Below, in pieces: positions 27,328-32,000 of a DNA stretch of 32,000 nucleotides. Under the pieces are notes generated by a model. The model searched no databases and had not been told where the DNA came from. It was given only the letters and a program-made list of their open reading frames with translations. Numbering within the stretch: position 1 is the first letter of the stretch; each line of letters begins with the position of its first letter. Source of the DNA: Promethearchaeota archaeon (GTDB lineage Archaea; Asgardarchaeota; Lokiarchaeia; Sigyniarchaeales; Promethearchaeaceae); assembly GCA_016933055.1 (NCBI GenBank), contig JAFGBS010000009.1, positions 30,001 through 62,000 on the forward strand, in the 5' to 3' direction. Position numbers and translations under genes: made by a program.

Positions 27328-28026
27328 TTAGGGTTTTTGGGTAAAATCAACATGTACGAAATATTTTCCGCATCCTAAACATCTGAATAAATATCCAACA
27401 GCATTATCTTCTTGTTTTTTTAATCTTTCTGCAAGAGCGGTTCCATTTTTGATTTCAACTCCGATATCACGCAGTCTCTGAGCTTCCACTGCGAAAGTAT
27501 TTTCTAATTCTAAGAATAATTCAGCTACACTTTTCCCTTCCAAAGTAGCAGTTATTTTAGACAAATCTTTTCCCTTCACTAAGTTAAGATTTTGGGAAAC
27601 TTTTTCTCCCCCCCCTAGATATCCAATAAAGGCTGTAAAATCGTGGCAACATATAGGCCACAATTCCGTCTCGAAGCCTTGAAAATTTGGCGTCTGATCT
27701 AACCAAGTACGTATATCACACTCTTGTTCAATGTATTCCTCTTTATAGCATGTTTGTTCCAATATATCAATATCTTTGAAATCTGCATCGAGAATTTCAG
27801 CAGCCTTCCCATTTTGGATACACCAGGGACAAATTTTATGCATAGAATTTGTTACTTTGATTGTTCCATTTGATTTTTCTTTTTCCATGTAGAAGGGACC
27901 TACATAACGATATTCTTGCTCAGTATTGCATATATCACAAACGAACTTTTCATTATTAAAAATTCCAAGATCATATGCATTTGGGAGATATTTGAACTGT
28001 GGTAATTCTAATTGCTTGCTCATCAT
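27328..28026 (-). CDS. cbrC: CbrC/UPF0167 family protein (colicin-tolerance CbrC-like, Zn-binding)
   Basis: FKY.P, CDIC...Y.GPFY, ICPWCI.NG.AA, TP.F, W..CC.DF.AFIG, GYLFRCL.CGK match the CbrC pattern. Confidence 0.82.
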   Translation of the reverse strand: MMSKQLELPQFKYLPNAYDLGIFNNEKFVCDICNTEQEYRYVGPFYMEKEKSNGTIKVTNSMHKICPWCIQNGKAAEILDADFKDIDILEQTCYKEEYIEQECDIRTWLDQTPNFQGFETELWPICCHDFTAFIGYLGGGEKVSQNLNLVKGKDLSKITATLEGKSVAELFLELENTFAVEAQRLRDIGVEIKNGTALAERLKKQEDNAVGYLFRCLGCGKYFVHVDFTQKP

Positions 28027-28152
28027 TGGTCAATAAATTAAATGGCAAACTGCAATAAAACTCAAATCATAAAGAAATATTTGCTAGAACTAGGAAAAGG
28101 GTTTTAGTACAGAAACTTTCAGAACATAAAGGCTATATCTCTAAAATTCATC

Positions 28153-28163
28153 AAAAAAAAAAA
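28153..28163 (-). terminator. Oligo-U terminator after mscL
   Basis: A11 on the plus strand 18 nt past the mscL stop. Confidence 0.4.
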
Positions 28164-28181
28164 GAATATTAAAATAATAAA

Positions 28182-28631
28182 TTACTCCAATCCTATTTTT
28201 TGAGTCAATTTCACAATTATGAAGATAACTAAGGCGACTATAATGAACGTGACTAAACTACTCAGTAGAGCTCCCAGTCTTATCGGAGATTGGAACGGCC
28301 AATCCATCCATGTAATTGTTTCATCAGTAAGAGATGCAAATCCAGGTAGATATTCTAATAACGGGAATATCAGATCATTTACTACACTGTTGACCACTGC
28401 ACCAACATAAACTGCCATTATGAATGCTACCGCAAGTCCAACAACTTTATATTTTTTCAGAAAATCCACAAACTGATTTCCAAATTTTTTCGCTCGTTTT
28501 GCTACCCCTTTAACTCCTTTAACTTTTTCTTCAGGGGGTTCTTCTGGAGGGGGTGGGGGTGGGGTTAAAAGTTCACGAATTTTCTTTACTTCTTCAAGTA
28601 ATTCTTCATAACTTGGTTCACTTTTTGACAT
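28182..28631 (-). CDS. mscL: Large-conductance mechanosensitive channel MscL (N-terminally extended, C-terminally truncated)
   Basis: FVDFLKKYKVVGLAVAFIM..YVGAVVNSVVNDLIFPL (S1+TM1) and LGALLSSLVTFIIVALVIFIIVK (TM2). Confidence 0.92.
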   Translation of the reverse strand: MSKSEPSYEELLEEVKKIRELLTPPPPPPEEPPEEKVKGVKGVAKRAKKFGNQFVDFLKKYKVVGLAVAFIMAVYVGAVVNSVVNDLIFPLLEYLPGFASLTDETITWMDWPFQSPIRLGALLSSLVTFIIVALVIFIIVKLTQKIGLE

Positions 28632-29035
28632 GGTTTTTCATCTTTATTGTAGGATCATCTAACTTTCGCATTTTGTATTTATATCATTTTTGGTGATTAA
28701 CCACAATAATGAGGGAATTAATTAATCAATACCTATCCCGACATCTCTTAAGTCATTAGGCTATGTTCTTTAATAATGTTCCTTATATAACCGTATACTG
28801 CACAAAATCTATATGAAAATGGGATTTCCATTAGCACATCCGTGTGTAACCTATCAAATCCGATTAAGGGGTTTAGGAACACTTACGCGAAAAAAACCAA
28901 TCAGTACGCTCTTTTTGATGGGATTTTGACGTCATTTGAACGATATGGATGAGTAGGTTAAAATTGGATAGAAAACTGAGTGGTATTGATAGATAATCTC
29001 TATGATTGGATACTCAAAATCAATCATTTTTTAGT

Positions 29036-29120
29036 AATTTTTCCAACTGTGCTATATCTTTAGAATTTTAACTACACTACAAGCTTATTACATTATTCTG
29101 GTCGAAGTATTACGTAGGTT
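29036..29120 (+). repeat. 85-bp intergenic direct repeat, copy 1
   Basis: Aligns without gaps to 30431-30515 with 73/85 identities (counted by hand). Confidence 0.9.
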
Positions 29121-29262
29121 TGGAAATGAAATAGAATACGTTTTATACACTTAAAAGGTCAAAAAGTAGAAATTCTTTATCAAATCTATCATTACTTAAA
29201 CTACTTTAAACTATATTAAACATGTATTCCTATATTTATAGGAGATTTGTATTGTAAAGGAA

Positions 29263-29544
29263 GTGATAAGAATTAGATCGAAATATTTTATTCTAATATT
29301 TTTAGAAATTTTGGGAATTGGATCGATAATTCTATCCTATTTCATTTTTGGAGGATTATTCTCAAGCACATGGACATTTTGTGGGGATCCTGGACGAATT
29401 TGGCCTGGAATACAAAAACCTGGTATTTATCCGCCAGTATGTGTGGATCGCAGTTATTTATATATTGTGTTTTTTATTTTGGGATTACTCGTAATTATTT
29501 TAACCCCTTTATTCGTAACATTCTGTAAAAAACGCCCACAGTGA
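29263..29544 (+). CDS. Small 2-TM protein with Cys-containing loop (paralog B)
   Basis: LFS.TW.FC..P..IWPGI........VC..RSYLY; 24/48 identical to paralog A over a gapless block. GTG start. Confidence 0.75.
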   Translation: MIRIRSKYFILIFLEILGIGSIILSYFIFGGLFSSTWTFCGDPGRIWPGIQKPGIYPPVCVDRSYLYIVFFILGLLVIILTPLFVTFCKKRPQ

Positions 29545-29550
29545 GAGATT

Positions 29551-30327
29551 TCATTTCAAAGAAGGATAGGGATATAATCTAGTCCAAAATTTCCATTTAT
29601 GCTGAATTGTGAAATATGAAAACAAGCTGGGAATTAACATGATAAGAAAACCGCCAACGAACAATGGAATTTGTATGATAATGTCTGGATTTAGATAAAA
29701 TAATATGTAGAGTATGGGGATTACCCACCAGAACAAAAAAATTAACCATTTAGGTTGAAGTGACACAAATGGATAAAATAAATGAAAACAATTTATTGAA
29801 ATAATATAATAAAATAGACTAAAGAAGATAAAACCAGGTATGGTAAATATCCACACAGATATACCTGAATAGTACGAAATATCGGCGATATCCCCATAAC
29901 TTAAAATTGAACCAACTAAAAGGTATCCTACTGAGTTAGTAAAAGCCCAAAATCCGTACCAAAATAGAGTATGAAATAGAATCTCCCCAAACCAATTGTT
30001 CCTTAATGATGTTTTTTCGAGATAATAAACACTCAATTGCGAAATGGAAGCCATAAAAAGACACATTATAATTCCACCACCTTTTGTTACAGCACGTGCT
30101 GCATTCGTAGCAGACGATTCGAAATGCACAATTGCATATCCAAATTTCAATGGCCAAAGCCATGCAACTTTGAATTCCACCGGATTCCCTCCCACTAAGT
30201 AACCGAATCCAATATGACCGAGGAATTCATGAGTCCATTCAGACAGAAATTTGGTTAGGAATGAGATCATCGTGATACTAAAAAAAAAAATTAAGATCGT
30301 AACTGATTGATTTCTTTTTCGCATCAT
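29551..30327 (-). CDS. M50B-like intramembrane zinc metallopeptidase
   Basis: EWTHEFLGH zinc motif within a TM helix, following GG loop, GG.I, and downstream GD third-ligand motif; about 7 TM. Confidence 0.72.
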   Translation of the reverse strand: MMRKRNQSVTILIFFFSITMISFLTKFLSEWTHEFLGHIGFGYLVGGNPVEFKVAWLWPLKFGYAIVHFESSATNAARAVTKGGGIIMCLFMASISQLSVYYLEKTSLRNNWFGEILFHTLFWYGFWAFTNSVGYLLVGSILSYGDIADISYYSGISVWIFTIPGFIFFSLFYYIISINCFHLFYPFVSLQPKWLIFLFWWVIPILYILFYLNPDIIIQIPLFVGGFLIMLIPSLFSYFTIQHKWKFWTRLYPYPSLK

Positions 30328-30430
30328 CTCGCAGAAAGAAAAGAGGGTGCGGTTTTAAACCCATGTTTTAGAACAGTTTTTTGATTAAAAACCAATCTTA
30401 CAAAAACTTTTGCTATTATTCTTATGTATT

Positions 30431-30515
30431 AAATTTTCCAAGCGTGCTATCCCTTTAGAATTTTAACTACGCTACAAGCCTATTACATTAATCTGGTCGA
30501 TCAATTACGTGGGTT
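30431..30515 (+). repeat. 85-bp intergenic direct repeat, copy 2
   Basis: See copy 1; shared core CTTTAGAATTTTAACTAC.CTACAAGC.TATTACATTA.TCTGGTCGA. Confidence 0.9.
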
Positions 30516-30539
30516 GTTGCGTTGGCGTGCATCAAACCC

Positions 30540-30571
30540 ATGTGTTCAATAGAACACATTCAATAGAACAC
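30540..30571. repeat. Palindrome plus tandem duplication (putative operator)
   Basis: ATGTGTTC-AATA-GAACACAT (30540-30559); TTCAATAGAACAC occurs twice (30545-30557, 30559-30571). Confidence 0.6.
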
Positions 30572-30779
30572 GTAAAATTTGGGATAAATGCCATTCTTGA
30601 CGATTAGCTAAAGTTTTAAAATGGTTTCACTTGAAAGCGTTTCACTACTATTTACCTTCACTCTATACAGAACGGAATAGATGTTGAGTAGACAAAATTT
30701 TCTCCAGTTTAATATTTTGAATAAAAAATAGATATAGAGATTTTAACTACTTGATGATTATACTACATGATGAAAAAAC

Positions 30780-31418
30780 ATGAGATTTGAGAACCGTAGG
30801 GAAGCGGGAAAGCGACTGGCAGAAAAATTAGACAAATATAGGGGGAAAAAAGATACTATAGTACTAGGATTACCAAAAGGGGGTGTTCCCGTTGCATACG
30901 AGATTGCGCAAAGGTTGAGTTTACCTATGGATATCGTGTTAATCAAAAAGATTTCCCATCCCCAAAGTCCAGAATTTGCTATTGGAGCTGTTGGAGAAAC
31001 AAACAAAGTTCATTTAAATGAATATGCTGAACAGTATAATATTTCATCTCAATATATCAAAGCGCAGATTGAATTAAAAAAAGAAGTTATAAAAAAACTA
31101 AAACAACTATTTCGAAATGGAAGAGATCTGCCCTGTTTAACGGGAAAAACCATAATATTAACGGATGATGGTGTTGCAACGGGGGCAACTGTTCAAACAG
31201 CGATCAATATTCTCAAAGAGGAACACTTAAGGAAATTCGTCTTGGCATTACCGGTATCTCCTCCAGATACAGCGCGAAAATTAAGAAAACAAGTAGATGA
31301 ACTTATTTGTCTATATACACCTCATAATTTTTCAGCAGTTGGACAATTTTACAAACAGTTTACCCAAGAAACGAACGAAAATGTGAAAGATATGTTGACT
31401 AAAGCTTCGAACAGGTAA
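30780..31418 (+). CDS. Type I phosphoribosyltransferase family protein
   Basis: RFENRREAG..LA, LGLPKGGVPVA, KI..P..PEFAIGAV, ILTDDGVATGAT (PRPP loop), AVGQFY..F.Q. Confidence 0.93.
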   Translation: MRFENRREAGKRLAEKLDKYRGKKDTIVLGLPKGGVPVAYEIAQRLSLPMDIVLIKKISHPQSPEFAIGAVGETNKVHLNEYAEQYNISSQYIKAQIELKKEVIKKLKQLFRNGRDLPCLTGKTIILTDDGVATGATVQTAINILKEEHLRKFVLALPVSPPDTARKLRKQVDELICLYTPHNFSAVGQFYKQFTQETNENVKDMLTKASNR

Positions 31419-31520
31419 TCTCCGTCTATTGAAAAATAAATGAATAGAATATGATGCTAGAAAAGCATTTAAATTGAAGAATTAAACAGATGGAAAAAAA
31501 ATGTGTTGGTTTTACTTGAA

Positions 31521-31823
31521 TTACATTAAGAAAAATCGTTTGTTGCTACTCATAGAGTCAACTAAGGGTTTTTTATGAATTTTTATTATGGATTTTTGTC
31601 TCATCTTTCTATCCTCACGTAATTGTTTTCGTGAAATTTTTGATCCTAATTCATATTTTTCATTGGATCCTAGTAATTCTTGTTCCTGCACTTTCGGTGA
31701 TTCGAATTTAGATTTGTCTACCGGTTTTTCTTCGAAATCTATTTCAATTTCTATTAAGCTCATTTTTTGGTTCTGTTTTTGAAATTTATTTGATTTTTTT
31801 AATTCCTGACTTTGCATTGACAT
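31521..31823 (-). CDS. Hypothetical charged soluble protein
   Basis: 100-aa ATG-initiated ORF rich in K/E/Q/S; no recognisable domain. Confidence 0.45.
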   Translation of the reverse strand: MSMQSQELKKSNKFQKQNQKMSLIEIEIDFEEKPVDKSKFESPKVQEQELLGSNEKYELGSKISRKQLREDRKMRQKSIIKIHKKPLVDSMSSNKRFFLM

Positions 31824-32000
31824 ATTTTTATCACCATCAAGGAGTGAAACGTATAAATCAATATACTATTGCGAAGCATGTTTGGTGTAAAACACCTGAG
31901 ATCCATAACGTTTCACTTAAGATATATTATGAAACGACACATATAAATATTACGTTTCGAAAAACTATAGCGATGAAACGTTATATATTATAAGACATCC

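Noticed and set aside
29036-30515. CRISPR array or integron attC reading of the 85-bp repeats
   Set aside because: Only two copies 1.4 kb apart (not CRISPR). The R' box does not match GTTRRRY, the AAC-GTT span is about 51 nt, stem pairing is weak, and no integrase is present.
31790-31993. 67-aa plus-strand ORF at the window end
   Set aside because: It overlaps the start/promoter of the 31521-31823 gene, has a non-ATG start and shows no protein-like features.

Overview
AT-rich archaeal DNA, most likely from an Asgard archaeon of the Lokiarchaeia type. This is inferred from three proteins ending in IPGY-TM-basic tail (Loki-CTERM), two Rab-like GTPase-fold proteins, a longin/uDENN-like protein, TATA boxes close to start codons and oligo-U terminators. 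No rRNA, tRNA, CRISPR array, integrase or transposase was seen. Ordinary content: two-subunit class I fumarate/tartrate hydratase, ABC-2 exporter, EEP-family phosphoesterase, geranylgeranyl-reductase-like flavoprotein, three HGSNAT/NagX-like membrane proteins, CbrC, MscL, an M50-like peptidase and a phosphoribosyltransferase. The standout is a tightly coupled three-gene operon (18162 to 13996, minus strand) built from bacterial type III secretion parts: an LcrH/SycD-like TPR chaperone and two proteins carrying the cytoplasmic FHIPEP (FlhA/SctV C-terminal) domain. Neither has the FlhA/SctV multi-pass membrane domain, no other T3SS gene is in the window, and an archaeal-style promoter precedes the operon. 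Other leads: a TIR-TIR protein, a GPS/HFS-like autoproteolysis motif next to a membrane anchor, two pseudo-GTPases, an MscL whose C-terminal bundle helix appears moved to the N-terminus, two paralogous Cys-hairpin micro-membrane proteins, and 85-bp direct repeats flanking a two-gene block. All family calls are by eye from motifs; no searches were run.
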